Positions 25,898 to 36,370 of a DNA stretch of 62,078 nt are shown piece after piece. A model generated the notes under the pieces. That model ran no database searches. It saw nothing but the letters and a program-made list of their open reading frames with translations, and was not told where the DNA came from. The first letter of the stretch is position 1. Each line of letters starts with the position of its first letter. The position numbers and the translations under genes were made by a program. The stretch comes from a virus (lineage: Duplodnaviria > Caudoviricetes), in the IMG/VR virus record IMGVR_UViG_3300045425_000063, positions 1-62,078 of that record. One strand, written 5' to 3'.

Positions 25898-28030
25898 TTA
25901 ATCAGATTCTCCAGGTCTTGCTCTATAATCTGTTTTTGGTGTTTTATTCATTTGCTTTTTTTGTTTAGAAGTATGAGTATAGTCATAATCACCTGGTTTC
26001 TTTTCTATGTTTGGCACTGGTGGATTGCCCGGTAGTATTTTTCTCTTACCAGTTTTGCTGCTGAAAGATACAAAACTTTCTAAAGACATTTTTGCGGATG
26101 TGCTAGTTTTATCTATCATTTCACCTTCTGGTTCATAAGAAGAATTTTGAGTTTGAGGTTCCTGGTTATTTTGCTTTGGACTTTTTTTGAGTGCATTCCT
26201 ATTTGCCATTGACAATAATTTTTGAGCGTCAATCACTTTCTTTTGAGCACTTATTTGTGGAGGAGTTGTTGGTGTCATATCTTCACCAATACTGCCATAC
26301 TGCTTTTGCTTGTTCTTAACATACTTATCTACAGTATCCTTTTGCCTTTGAGTTACTCTAGGAGATTCCCTATCATTAACACCTTCTGGATTAGAAATTG
26401 CTTCAGTTACTTTTTTTGGAACCTCACTGTGAGGTGTTTTAGCAAAATCGCGGATTTTCTTTTCACTCATAGTATCAACAATCTTAAGAACTTCAGCACT
26501 TGCATCAGATCTTGGTGTGTCACCACGCTTTACTGAAAGAGCAAGTCCAAAAAGTTTTTGCTGTTGCTCACTTTCTGCTTTTTCTTGAAGTTTAAGTTCT
26601 TCACCAACTACTGCTTTTTTTGTTTTTTTTACTGCTGTTGCAGTTCCGCGAACACCAGACGAAAATCCCTTACCAAATTCAGAAGCTGCTTTGGATCCAA
26701 CAGAGGATGCCTTTCTTAGTGTTTGAGAAGTTTTTCCGGCAAGTTCTGATGCAGTTTTTGTTGCAGCACGATGCCTTTCCATACCTCTAAGAATAAACCC
26801 AGCAACACGATCCTTTACAGATTGCTTTCTAGGTTCTGAAGATGGCGCTTGTGTTTCCTTTGCAGTTTCTACTGCCTTTTTAACTCTATCTTTTTGAATA
26901 GTAGACGCCACTCTATCTTTAGTGGACATTTTAGTTCCACCTTGTTTTTTAACTCTAGCAATAGTAATTGCATATTGCTTAGTGCCTTTTGGTGCCTTTG
27001 AAGTTTTTACTTTTGATTCTGATTTTTTTAATTCTTCTGATAGAAAATACTCTTCAGAAAGGTTAAAAACAAATTCAGAAAATGTTTCTTCTCCAAGTTC
27101 TTCAATTACAATATCAACACCATTTTCGTTTAGTCCACAGTTATAAAAAAACTCAGTAGCGATGTTAACCGATTCGTCAATATACTCTTCATCAAGTTCA
27201 AATGCTTCTAATATTGTACCACCAAGAATATCATTTTTTTCATTAAATGTTGGATTAATAACAACAATTTTATCTTTATAATTATTTACAGGTTTTTCTG
27301 TTATTTGCTTTTCCTTTCTGGAGGCAATTTCATCGGAAACATCGGAAACTACTTCCTTAAGATCTTCTCTCCAATTTGAAAATCCTTCACTTACACCATA
27401 ACCCTTAAGTTTCTTCCTGTTAGACATTGCATTTTTGATGGCATTATCCTTTACTCCAGCATACTCATGTCTATCGGGCTCTTTTGTTCCATCACCATCC
27501 CTATCTCCAACAGTATTTTTACCACCACTACCATATCCCTTTTCATATTTCTCACCAGCAGGATAAGAAACTTTATTTGAACTTATTTCAACAGAACTAA
27601 TTGTAGGTTTACTTCTTAATTGAGACACTTCTCCATAAGGTACATTTCTTCTATCAATTGTACCATTTTTATAATTTATAGTTACTTTTACCATTCTTGT
27701 AGTAGATTCTTCAGAAACCGAAGTTGCTGATCCCCCTTTAATGCCAAGTTTTTCTTTTGCAGTATTAACCATTTCTGCACTAAAACCAGTTTTTAGAGTT
27801 CTCCTTTTAAATGCTTCTTCCGCAGAAACTTTCTCATCTTTCATTATATGACGAACATCATAAATTATTTGACGAACTTTTTTCTCAAATGAATCAACAT
27901 CGCCATCACCATCAAGATCGGAAGAAGATTTAGGTTTTGCTGGAGTAGATGCCCCAGGTTTTCCTAATTGAGGAGTAAAAACTTCTTCAAGATATACTTG
28001 TTGTAAATCAGTTGCAATATGAGATAGCAT
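25898..28030 (-). CDS. large mosaic late protein (probable head-internal protein)
   Basis: 710 aa; EGFSNWRE, KAESEQQQKLFGLAL and SYEPEGE motifs; ATAAATA upstream. Confidence 0.6.
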   Translation of the reverse strand: MLSHIATDLQQVYLEEVFTPQLGKPGASTPAKPKSSSDLDGDGDVDSFEKKVRQIIYDVRHIMKDEKVSAEEAFKRRTLKTGFSAEMVNTAKEKLGIKGGSATSVSEESTTRMVKVTINYKNGTIDRRNVPYGEVSQLRSKPTISSVEISSNKVSYPAGEKYEKGYGSGGKNTVGDRDGDGTKEPDRHEYAGVKDNAIKNAMSNRKKLKGYGVSEGFSNWREDLKEVVSDVSDEIASRKEKQITEKPVNNYKDKIVVINPTFNEKNDILGGTILEAFELDEEYIDESVNIATEFFYNCGLNENGVDIVIEELGEETFSEFVFNLSEEYFLSEELKKSESKVKTSKAPKGTKQYAITIARVKKQGGTKMSTKDRVASTIQKDRVKKAVETAKETQAPSSEPRKQSVKDRVAGFILRGMERHRAATKTASELAGKTSQTLRKASSVGSKAASEFGKGFSSGVRGTATAVKKTKKAVVGEELKLQEKAESEQQQKLFGLALSVKRGDTPRSDASAEVLKIVDTMSEKKIRDFAKTPHSEVPKKVTEAISNPEGVNDRESPRVTQRQKDTVDKYVKNKQKQYGSIGEDMTPTTPPQISAQKKVIDAQKLLSMANRNALKKSPKQNNQEPQTQNSSYEPEGEMIDKTSTSAKMSLESFVSFSSKTGKRKILPGNPPVPNIEKKPGDYDYTHTSKQKKQMNKTPKTDYRARPGESD

Positions 28031-28034
28031 TTTC

Positions 28035-28676
28035 TTATGTTCTTTTTACTTTATACTTATTTATGAATTTTTTAACATTAAAATTATCAATTGATTTAGT
28101 ATCAGAAACCGACATCACATATTTTCGTAAAGCATCAGTTCCAACTTCTCTTTGATTTGCTGGAACTCCAGATTTATTAGTCCATTCCATAACATCTCGG
28201 ATCCAAGGTTTAAACATCACATTATCTTCGGTAACACAGATGAGATAATTTGTTCCTCTACGAATAATTTTTCCAATTAAACCAGTATTGAGATTTTCTA
28301 CCCAATCTCCCTCATTGAATATTTCTCCACAAACATACTTATCTCTTAATTGTTTTTCAAACTCTTCTGCAACCTGATGGGATGGGGGAACAAGTGGAGA
28401 AAGTTTAGACCTATCTTGATCAGGATCTCTTTTCCCAAGTCTTTGATTTTGATTGGAAAATTTTAGAGCAACTGTTCCTCCGGAAGTAACTTTTGATTTT
28501 GCAATAAATTCACCAGTTTTACTATCGTGATAATCTCCGTGACCATTAGGAACTAATCTTCCACCACTAGGAAGACGGACTCTTTTTGCATTAAAGACAG
28601 CAAGATTTTTATTCTTGTCAACAAATTCAGACAAGGTATTATTTGCTTCTTGAATGAATTGGGAGAACTTTTTCAT
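28035..28676 (-). CDS. shortened relative of the cyanophage cytidyltransferase-like protein
   Basis: MKKFSQFIQE start, GHG...GEFIAK, VENLNTGLIGKIIRRGTNYLICVTE; no GRFNPP/HxGH core. Confidence 0.55.
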   Translation of the reverse strand: MKKFSQFIQEANNTLSEFVDKNKNLAVFNAKRVRLPSGGRLVPNGHGDYHDSKTGEFIAKSKVTSGGTVALKFSNQNQRLGKRDPDQDRSKLSPLVPPSHQVAEEFEKQLRDKYVCGEIFNEGDWVENLNTGLIGKIIRRGTNYLICVTEDNVMFKPWIRDVMEWTNKSGVPANQREVGTDALRKYVMSVSDTKSIDNFNVKKFINKYKVKRT

Positions 28677-28790
28677 ATGTAGTTAGATATACTTATATTT
28701 ATTTGTTCTAATTCTTCTAATAATTAAAGTTACAAAAAAATAGGACAGTTATTAAACCATCCTATTGCATTATATTTAGATTGGTTTATT

Positions 28791-29204
28791 TCACAAATCT
28801 CCTTCTACACGATTTTCACTACGGAATACATCAAAAGTTCCTTCAGGATAACGAGCACTCAATTTCTCATAGTTCATTTGAAGTACTTCCTCAAAAGTGG
28901 TATCTAGTGCCATACACGCTTGAGCAATGTACCAACAAATATCACCCAATTCTCGTTTTAGATGAAAGACATTATCTTCATTATAAGGTTTCCCCTGCAA
29001 GAAGATTTTTTTGATAACTTCAGTAAACTCTCCCGCTTCTGCACTGATACCAAAAGCAGCAGTCATAAGACGAGGAACATCAGCATCAGCAGATGCCTCA
29101 AGTTCTGTTAGTCGAGTAAGAAGTGCTGCGAAGTCACTACTTGCCGGACTTGTGGTTTGACGAACGAATTCAATATATTTGTTTGTGTCAATTACTTGTG
29201 TCAT
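28791..29204 (-). CDS. mazG: MazG-like NTP pyrophosphohydrolase
   Basis: AEAGEFTE..KK, RELGDICWY, NYEKLSARYP. Confidence 0.9.
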   Translation of the reverse strand: MTQVIDTNKYIEFVRQTTSPASSDFAALLTRLTELEASADADVPRLMTAAFGISAEAGEFTEVIKKIFLQGKPYNEDNVFHLKRELGDICWYIAQACMALDTTFEEVLQMNYEKLSARYPEGTFDVFRSENRVEGDL

Positions 29205-29205
29205 A

Positions 29206-30591
29206 TTAGTATTTAAATCCTCCAAATTTTTCTTTTAGTGATGGTTTTTTGGTTTCTTCATAATTATACTCTTCTTCTTTACCAGAGTCAAGTATATCAT
29301 TTTGAGCACTCTGCTCTACGTCATAAAGTCTCATTTTTGCCCTATCAATTCCAACAACAAACCTTTTATAAAGTGTTGGATCATTATAACGATTCTTAAG
29401 TTGTTTAACCATAATTTGCCCCAATCCCTCAAGATCTTCAGTGCTAATTAGAGCAAACATAAGGTCAGCAGTCGCAGGAAGACCGAAAGATTCTGATGTA
29501 TCGGTTAACTCAACATCAGAAGAACCAAAACCAGATCTGGTAGTCTGTGTTGCACTAACAATAGGAACATTAAACTCCACAGCAAGACCACGAAGTTCTT
29601 CTGCAATAGATTTAACTAGGGTATAAGAGTTAATATTACTTCCACCCTTAAATCGTGAAGAAGTACAGATATTCAAATAATCAATAAAGATAATATCGGG
29701 TTTAAATGATTTCTTGAGAGCAAGTTCATTAATCAATCCCTTAAAATGTCCAGAGTGTGCCGAAGCGGTAGGATATTCTTTAATTATTAAAGTACCCTGC
29801 GTTTTCTTTGCAAGGGTATTAACTTTAGATTCAAATACACTTTTAGGAAGTTCTGCAATATCTTGAATATTAACGTTCAGAAGATTTGCGTCAATTCTCT
29901 CAGCAATTTTTTCTTCTGCCATTTCAAGCGTAATGTACAATACGTTCCTCCCTTGGAGCAACACGGAGCTAGCCACATGGCACATGAATAGAGATTTCCC
30001 GACACCCGTACCAGCAAGTGCGATATTAAGAGTTTTATTAGGTAAACCACCTTTGGTAATTTTGTTAAAATATTCAAGATCAAATTCAATTTTATCCTCC
30101 TTTCTTCTATAAGATTCATAACGTTCTTCATAATCTTGTAGATAATCGTGCCCAACGTGATTATCAAAACTTACTGCAAGAGCATCAGAAAGAATTGATG
30201 GAATTGAATCACGATTTTTCTTTTCATCGCCTCCATCGGCAATATGAATAGACTCCATAAGTGCCATATAGATTGCTCTATCTCTACACCACTTTTCAGT
30301 AGTATCAACAACCCAATTCTTCTCTACAGGAACATCCTCAAGAGAAGAAATAACACTTAAAGTTTCCTTATATGTATCTTCATTTAAATCAGTTCTTTTT
30401 TCAAGTTCAATATAAAGAACTTCTTTTGTTGGAAGTTTATTATATTCTAGAATAAAGGAATGTATTTCCTCAAATACATTTTTTTGTATACTATCTTGAA
30501 AATATTCAGACTTTATGAAGGGTAAAACCTTTCTAGTATAATCTTCATTATAAAGTAGGTTTCTTAAAATTAAGAACTCAATTTTTTCCAT
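29206..30591 (-). CDS. g41: replicative helicase (gp41)
   Basis: AGTGVGKS, IDYLNI, TSESFGLPATAD, KQLKNRY. Confidence 0.95.
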   Translation of the reverse strand: MEKIEFLILRNLLYNEDYTRKVLPFIKSEYFQDSIQKNVFEEIHSFILEYNKLPTKEVLYIELEKRTDLNEDTYKETLSVISSLEDVPVEKNWVVDTTEKWCRDRAIYMALMESIHIADGGDEKKNRDSIPSILSDALAVSFDNHVGHDYLQDYEERYESYRRKEDKIEFDLEYFNKITKGGLPNKTLNIALAGTGVGKSLFMCHVASSVLLQGRNVLYITLEMAEEKIAERIDANLLNVNIQDIAELPKSVFESKVNTLAKKTQGTLIIKEYPTASAHSGHFKGLINELALKKSFKPDIIFIDYLNICTSSRFKGGSNINSYTLVKSIAEELRGLAVEFNVPIVSATQTTRSGFGSSDVELTDTSESFGLPATADLMFALISTEDLEGLGQIMVKQLKNRYNDPTLYKRFVVGIDRAKMRLYDVEQSAQNDILDSGKEEEYNYEETKKPSLKEKFGGFKY

Positions 30592-31154
30592 TAATCTATT
30601 TTATATTGCAAATTGTTTGGTGAGTATGGTATATCAAATACAAATGTTATTCGTGTTTCATCTCCAATATTTACAGCTCCATGTGGCAATTTATTATTAA
30701 ACCAAAAAAGAGTTCCCGGTTCAACAATTAATGTATCAGTTCCACAGAAATATTGATATCTTCCCGATATTGAAAGATGATATCTATCTCTTGTTAAATA
30801 ATAAGTTCCCTCATCAATATGTGCTCCCACAATCTCATCTACAGGTAATGCCAAAAATCCACATCGATGCAACTCTTTGTTTTCAAAATATTTGTGAATT
30901 ATCTTTCGTATTTCACTGTGATGTTCATATGCAGGAGTTTTAATATTGATTTCAGAATCCCCAACAAAGTCTTCTCTCTTCTTAACTGCACCTATTATAA
31001 GTTGCAATGCACTTATTGGCAAATCTGAAAATCCTCTATCAACTAAAGACTGAGAATCCTTTAGATGTTTTTGATGATCCCAATCTTGCGGATATTTTTT
31101 TAATTGAGCAATAACTTTATTAATATTAATGTTAGTTTTTAAAACTTTAATCAT
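30591..31154 (-). CDS. 2OG-Fe(II) oxygenase (Asp/Asn beta-hydroxylase-like)
   Basis: HID...RYH...WFNNKLPHGAVN...RITFVFD. Confidence 0.75.
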   Translation of the reverse strand: MIKVLKTNININKVIAQLKKYPQDWDHQKHLKDSQSLVDRGFSDLPISALQLIIGAVKKREDFVGDSEINIKTPAYEHHSEIRKIIHKYFENKELHRCGFLALPVDEIVGAHIDEGTYYLTRDRYHLSISGRYQYFCGTDTLIVEPGTLFWFNNKLPHGAVNIGDETRITFVFDIPYSPNNLQYKID

Positions 31155-32158
31155 GATCCATAACTAAACTCACCTTTAGCAATCACATCAAGTTTTTCCA
31201 TTACTTCATCGGTGAAATAAGTTTTTGGATTTTCTAAAATAGTTTTCTCTGCAATTTTCTTTCCATCAAATTCATATCTACCCATATTTCTTTTCCACAT
31301 TCCACCCAATTCACCAAGTTCAAGGAGACCGTAGTGGCGATCGAGACCTCTTTCATCATAGAATAACCGAATTTGGACCTCTTGATTTTCTTTGCTCAAA
31401 CGCGATTTTTGAGTCTTTGCCCGGATAATGTTTCCAATTACTTCCGTTCCATCTTTTTCCTTTGACTTAGAAAGATAGATAATTGTGGATGCGGCATATT
31501 GCAATCCAGAACCACCCGACATTTGCTTGCCACCATAAAGAGACATCGACTCGTAGGTGTGATTTGTCACGAGCATAGGAATCTTTGCCTGACCCAATTT
31601 GAGAGTCAGCATACGGAAGGCACCTTTGATAAGTTGTGCCTTCGTCATATCACGAGTATCCTTCTCTGCCAAAGCATCATTAATTTCTTTATTGGTAGAA
31701 AGCATTCCCAGAGAATCTAATACAAAGATGCAGGGGTTTCTTTCATCCTCTTTTTTCTTTAGGTAAATATCAACTGCCTTGAGTGTCTTGGTACGGAATT
31801 CTTCTACTGTAACTACGTTGACAACCACCAGACGATTTGTGTCAACTCCCCTACTTTCCAAAAGGGATTTTGTGATTGCTGCTTCAGTATCAAAATACAG
31901 ACAATATCCAGTAGGATTATTGTCAAGGAAATTTTTAACGACGGCAAGACTGAAGAAAGTTTTTCCAGTAGAAGTTTCACCAGCGATTGCAGTAATCTTA
32001 TTCCCAGATACACCACCAAATATACTACCGGATACAAGAGCATTAAAAATGTATGAACCCGTATCCACATAAGTTTCAGTTTCATCAATATCCGAAGCGA
32101 GTTGAGTGTATTCTCCTCCAATTTCTTTTACAATACCTTTAAGGAAATCCATGGTCAT
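31151..32158 (-). CDS. uvsX: RecA-like recombinase UvsX
   Basis: AGETSTGKT, FDTE, DSLGML, DMTKA, TNHTY. Confidence 0.95.
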   Translation of the reverse strand: MTMDFLKGIVKEIGGEYTQLASDIDETETYVDTGSYIFNALVSGSIFGGVSGNKITAIAGETSTGKTFFSLAVVKNFLDNNPTGYCLYFDTEAAITKSLLESRGVDTNRLVVVNVVTVEEFRTKTLKAVDIYLKKKEDERNPCIFVLDSLGMLSTNKEINDALAEKDTRDMTKAQLIKGAFRMLTLKLGQAKIPMLVTNHTYESMSLYGGKQMSGGSGLQYAASTIIYLSKSKEKDGTEVIGNIIRAKTQKSRLSKENQEVQIRLFYDERGLDRHYGLLELGELGGMWKRNMGRYEFDGKKIAEKTILENPKTYFTDEVMEKLDVIAKGEFSYGS

Positions 32159-32197
32159 TTTTTCTATTTTGTTTATTGTGATTAGTTTATTTTATCA

Positions 32198-34696
32198 TCA
32201 AAAAAAGAAAGAATCAAGTGTAACTTTTTTTTCGTCAGCCCACCCAATAGCATTTAAAATTACTTTGAGGGGTTCAAGAAACCCTTTTTCAAATTGAGTA
32301 TCATAATCAATATAAGAATTTAGACCCAATTCTTTAGGAAAATCTTGAATGAATGAGATGACATTTTCATAAATTGGATTTGGTTTTTTCAAGTAACAAT
32401 ATTTAATTTTCTCTCCATTTTGAATTAAAGAATATTTGTTTGTTAATTTTTTTTCTTTAATATGATGATTGAAAAGCAATGCCCCACGAACATTAATCGG
32501 CGTTCCTTTACTATAAATGCTGTTTGAACATTTATATTTTATTACATCAGAAACTGACCGAGGGAATGAAATTTCTTCTGGAGATAATTTATAGAAGTCA
32601 TATCTACATTTTTCAATGAAATTTATAACATCAGTTTCGGTTCCACTCATCATTAGTTTTAAAGCAGTTTTAATCATTTGACGACAGGGTGCTGGAGTTG
32701 AAGATTTAATTGCTTCAATACCCATAATTTTAAGTTTTGGTTCAGTATAACGAACACCTTCACTATCCCAAACGTTCATAATATAACGTTTCTTAGCAGT
32801 CCAAATTCCACGGTCGGCAATATTCTCCCGCTTCATCTGCATTTTCTGATCATAAGCATTCATATACTCCGCCAGTTCTTGGTAGCAACTTTCAATATAT
32901 TTTTCAAGTTCCACTTTACAGATCTTATCAAGGAACGAAACAACGCCTTCAGTAGTTTTTTCTCTTCCCTCGTATACAGTTTCAACCAGAGGACCCATAT
33001 TAAGATAGATGGAGTCAGTATCAGAAGCAATAACATAATCAAAGTCCTTAGTTTTAAGAAGTTTATTGAAATATGTATTCATCTTATTTTCAATCCAACG
33101 AATAGCAACTTGTCCCGAAAGAGTAATTGCTTCGGCATTTGCTAGTTTATAATAACGAAAGTACTGATTACCAATAGCTCCATAAGCAGAGTTAAGAGAA
33201 ATCTTTTTTGCCATTTGGATGTTATTACACCGAGAAATTTCCTTCTCCAATTCTTTTGTTTTTTTCTTCTCATACTGTTTTTTTGCATCAATCATTTTTT
33301 CTTTAAAAATGACTCGATCATTATACATTTTCTCCATTAATTCTGGAAGAAAACCACGAATGTCCTTGCGGTACATAGCACCATTAGGACATATTGCATA
33401 ATCACTATACTTCTCAAAAGTAAGTTCTTGATTGAGAATCTTATCTACAGTTACAGTAGGATGTCTTTCATCAACAAGAGTTTCCGAACTTACATTAGAT
33501 TGCATAATCAGGTGAGGATATAGACTGTTTAAGTCAAAATTAACGACCCAATCATAAACCCCAGGAACAGGTTCTTTTACATAAGCACCCGCATACTTTT
33601 CATTCTTTTTAGATTTACTTTTTTGAGGAATTACAATATTTCTTTTCTTTAGATAATTGTAGATAATTGTATCCCACATTCTAACCTGCGAAAACACATC
33701 TTCATAGTTTACTTTGCCATCATATGCCATGGTCAAAGCAAGTTCAATCAGTTTCATCTTGTCTTCCAAACGGTCGACAAGTTCTACGTCAACGATGTTG
33801 TATTCAACGAACTTTTGCCAACCCTTAGTGTAGAAGTCTTTGAAAGTATCAAACTCAGAGTGATCAAGTTTCTTTTGTCCAAGTTCTACGTTTGCAATAT
33901 GATCTAGGCGATATGATTCCTGATTAGAAGTTGCTGGAGACCATTTGTAAAGTTTTAAATAATCTAGTTGTGATATTCCACTAATATCATAACAAATCTG
34001 TTGACGATTATTTACCCATACTTCATTTTGAGAAACTAGTCCCCAAGGAGAAAAACATTTTGCTCTCTTATCACCAAGAACTTTATTCAATCTTCCGCAA
34101 ATATATGGAATATCAAAAAATTCAATATTCCATCCAGTTACTACCTCTGGAGTATTATTTTCCCAATAATAAAGAAACGAATTAAGAAGAGCATATTCAG
34201 ATTCACATTCAATATACTTTACATTATTTTGAATATTATTAAAGGGTTTTGTTCCCCAAGTAATAATCTGCTTAGTAGTATAATCTTGAATTGTAATTAA
34301 TAGTATTTCTTCAACACACTCTTTTGGGTCAGGAAATCCATTTTCTGAAGTAGTTTCAATATCAAGAGTTACTAATTTAATTTTAGTAATATCAAACTTA
34401 ATTTCATCTTCTGGATATTTGTCAGATAGGTATTGATATACATATCTTTCGTTTCCATAGATCTTAAAATTTTCTACTCCATCATACTTTTCATAAAATT
34501 GACGACATTCTTTAACAGATCCAGGTTGAATAGGTTCTACATATTCTCCCTCTAAAGTTTTATATTTTGATTCCTTATTTGATCTTACAAAAAGAGTAGG
34601 TGAGTACTCTTCTTTAAACATAACGTGTTCACCATTATCATAACCACGAACGAGAAATTTATTCCCGATCATTTGTACGTTTGTATAGAAGATCAT
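32198..34696 (-). CDS. g43: family B DNA polymerase (gp43)
   Basis: DIET exonuclease, FDLNSLYP, KISLNSAYG, SDTDS, KKRY. Confidence 0.97.
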   Translation of the reverse strand: MIFYTNVQMIGNKFLVRGYDNGEHVMFKEEYSPTLFVRSNKESKYKTLEGEYVEPIQPGSVKECRQFYEKYDGVENFKIYGNERYVYQYLSDKYPEDEIKFDITKIKLVTLDIETTSENGFPDPKECVEEILLITIQDYTTKQIITWGTKPFNNIQNNVKYIECESEYALLNSFLYYWENNTPEVVTGWNIEFFDIPYICGRLNKVLGDKRAKCFSPWGLVSQNEVWVNNRQQICYDISGISQLDYLKLYKWSPATSNQESYRLDHIANVELGQKKLDHSEFDTFKDFYTKGWQKFVEYNIVDVELVDRLEDKMKLIELALTMAYDGKVNYEDVFSQVRMWDTIIYNYLKKRNIVIPQKSKSKKNEKYAGAYVKEPVPGVYDWVVNFDLNSLYPHLIMQSNVSSETLVDERHPTVTVDKILNQELTFEKYSDYAICPNGAMYRKDIRGFLPELMEKMYNDRVIFKEKMIDAKKQYEKKKTKELEKEISRCNNIQMAKKISLNSAYGAIGNQYFRYYKLANAEAITLSGQVAIRWIENKMNTYFNKLLKTKDFDYVIASDTDSIYLNMGPLVETVYEGREKTTEGVVSFLDKICKVELEKYIESCYQELAEYMNAYDQKMQMKRENIADRGIWTAKKRYIMNVWDSEGVRYTEPKLKIMGIEAIKSSTPAPCRQMIKTALKLMMSGTETDVINFIEKCRYDFYKLSPEEISFPRSVSDVIKYKCSNSIYSKGTPINVRGALLFNHHIKEKKLTNKYSLIQNGEKIKYCYLKKPNPIYENVISFIQDFPKELGLNSYIDYDTQFEKGFLEPLKVILNAIGWADEKKVTLDSFFF

Positions 34697-34965
34697 TACT
34701 TAATAATTGACTGGTATTTTTCAAGAAGAGTTGGTTTTGGATCTATGATTGTAAGAATTTTTTCAGAACTTACCATAAAAGTGTCTTGAGATGTGTAGTC
34801 GGAATTCCAAGGTTCCAAGTAAAGATCATCACTTATAGATTTTTTAATTTCAAATGGTTTAATCAGTTTACAGTCAGGTTCTCCCAAATCTGCTCCGACT
34901 TCCTCAATCTGACTGATCAGAATTTGATTGTTCGTCATAATTAACACTTTGATTGTTTTTTCCAT
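34696..34965 (-). CDS. conserved cyanophage hypothetical protein
   Basis: GEPDCKLIKP motif; synteny between hsp20 and g43. Confidence 0.75.
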   Translation of the reverse strand: MEKTIKVLIMTNNQILISQIEEVGADLGEPDCKLIKPFEIKKSISDDLYLEPWNSDYTSQDTFMVSSEKILTIIDPKPTLLEKYQSIIK

Positions 34966-35287
34966 AATTTACAACATCCTCTACATACATTTGTTTTAAT
35001 TTTTCAGTTGGATTTACCATCGTAACTACCCAGTCAGAAGGAACTGGAATTAATTCATCAGTAGTTAAAGGCATCCAGGGATGAAGATGAACTTGATATC
35101 CCATTTTTTGAGGACCTTTGTCCTCATTACCATCAGTAAGAAGATTTGGAGATATCATTTTCACAATACAAGGTCTATTTAAATAGTACCCTACTACACG
35201 TTTCTCGTCATCTTCACCAAAAACCATTTCTTGAACGTCTGCAATTAAGTCTTCTCCAGACTTAAGCAACAAAAGTTTTATAGTCAT
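34904..35287 (-). CDS. conserved cyanophage hypothetical protein
   Basis: MTIKLLLLKSGEDLIAD; start trimmed; TTGACA-17nt-TATAGT promoter at 35309-35337 inside a terminator. Confidence 0.75.
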   Translation of the reverse strand: MTIKLLLLKSGEDLIADVQEMVFGEDDEKRVVGYYLNRPCIVKMISPNLLTDGNEDKGPQKMGYQVHLHPWMPLTTDELIPVPSDWVVTMVNPTEKLKQMYVEDVVNYGKNNQSVNYDEQSNSDQSD

Positions 35288-35386
35288 TTTTACTCCATAC
35301 CTGTTAGTACTATAGCAGAAAAAAAGAGGGGTGTCAACTGGATTTTGCCAGTTTACCCCTCTAGCGGCAACGATATTCAATGATAT

Positions 35387-35821
35387 TTATAGATAATCTT
35401 TTCGTTTATGATATTCTGGGACAATTCTACCCAATACAATTGTTAAAAGACCATTCTCAAAATCAACCGATCTAACTTCAGTATCATCGGATAGTGTCCA
35501 TGCTCTTTTAAATGATCTTTGAGCTAATCCCTTATGAACATAATTGGTCTCAGTTTCCTTATCTTCTTTTTGCCCTTCGATAAAAAGTTTTCCATCTTGA
35601 GTGTAAACATAAACTTCTTTTTTGTTAAATCCGGCAAGTGCAATCTCCAACCGCGACTCTACATTATTAATTTGTACAAGATTGTATGGCGGATAATTAT
35701 TTGTAGTCTCATGAAGATTAAATAGACGATCAAAATATTCGTCCATTCCAATACTATTGCGAGTAATCCTATCCATTAGGGCAGGAAGATCCGCAGATGT
35801 GTAACGTGCAAGGTTAGTCAT
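35387..35821 (-). CDS. hsp20: small heat-shock protein
   Basis: YPPYN, EIALAGF, HKGLAQRSF, ENGLL alpha-crystallin motifs. Confidence 0.95.
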   Translation of the reverse strand: MTNLARYTSADLPALMDRITRNSIGMDEYFDRLFNLHETTNNYPPYNLVQINNVESRLEIALAGFNKKEVYVYTQDGKLFIEGQKEDKETETNYVHKGLAQRSFKRAWTLSDDTEVRSVDFENGLLTIVLGRIVPEYHKRKDYL

Positions 35822-35878
35822 TATGGTAGCTCCTTAAAAAGCGAGTTTGTGTTTTGTGGACCCTTTCAGCATCCTTAT
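35822..35878 (-). promoter_or_regulatory. ROSE-like RNA thermometer candidate in the hsp20 leader
   Basis: CUCGCUU-UUU-AAGGAG: UCGCU pairs with the SD with a bulged G; upstream GGAUGC-UGAAAG-GGUCC hairpin. Confidence 0.5.
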
Positions 35879-35926
35879 TATATATAAATGCATCATAAAA
35901 AAGGGAGTGTTGAACTCCCTACTTTA

Positions 35927-36370
35927 TTATTCGGTTTCTTCTGCTTTTTTCTTTTTAGATCCAATATTATATTTTTGTTCCAATTGCCACTCATCCTTTT
36001 CTTTAAAAGGTAGAACTTTAATTTGATTTAGAGGTGCTATATCAATAATTTTGTCCGAATTTATTACAGATACCAACCCCCAATCGGAAAGAAGATGAAC
36101 AATTCTATTGCGACGCTGTATATCATTTACAGTAAGATTTGCATGTTTGCCATCGAGAGCAAACAATTCCTTAAAGTGTGTAATATAATATCTACCTTGC
36201 TTATGAAGAATATGGCAAGATTGATACAATTTTTTTTCTTTTCTCGATGCAACTCCAATTCTTGTTAGAGTTTCGCGCACTTTCAAAAAGTCATCAGGTT
36301 CATTAAGAATAACCTCCACCATCATATCGGGAGACCAGTTTACTTGTGGTTCAATTGTTTGGTTAGTCAT
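35927..36370 (-). CDS. regA: translational repressor RegA
   Basis: DFLKVRETLTRIG, LYQSCHILHKQG, HFKELF. Confidence 0.95.
   Translation of the reverse strand: MTNQTIEPQVNWSPDMMVEVILNEPDDFLKVRETLTRIGVASRKEKKLYQSCHILHKQGRYYITHFKELFALDGKHANLTVNDIQRRNRIVHLLSDWGLVSVINSDKIIDIAPLNQIKVLPFKEKDEWQLEQKYNIGSKKKKAEETE

Noticed and set aside
19137-34696. Introns or inteins in nrdA, nrdB, g41 or g43
   Set aside because: Each is one continuous ORF of ordinary length with no splice motifs seen
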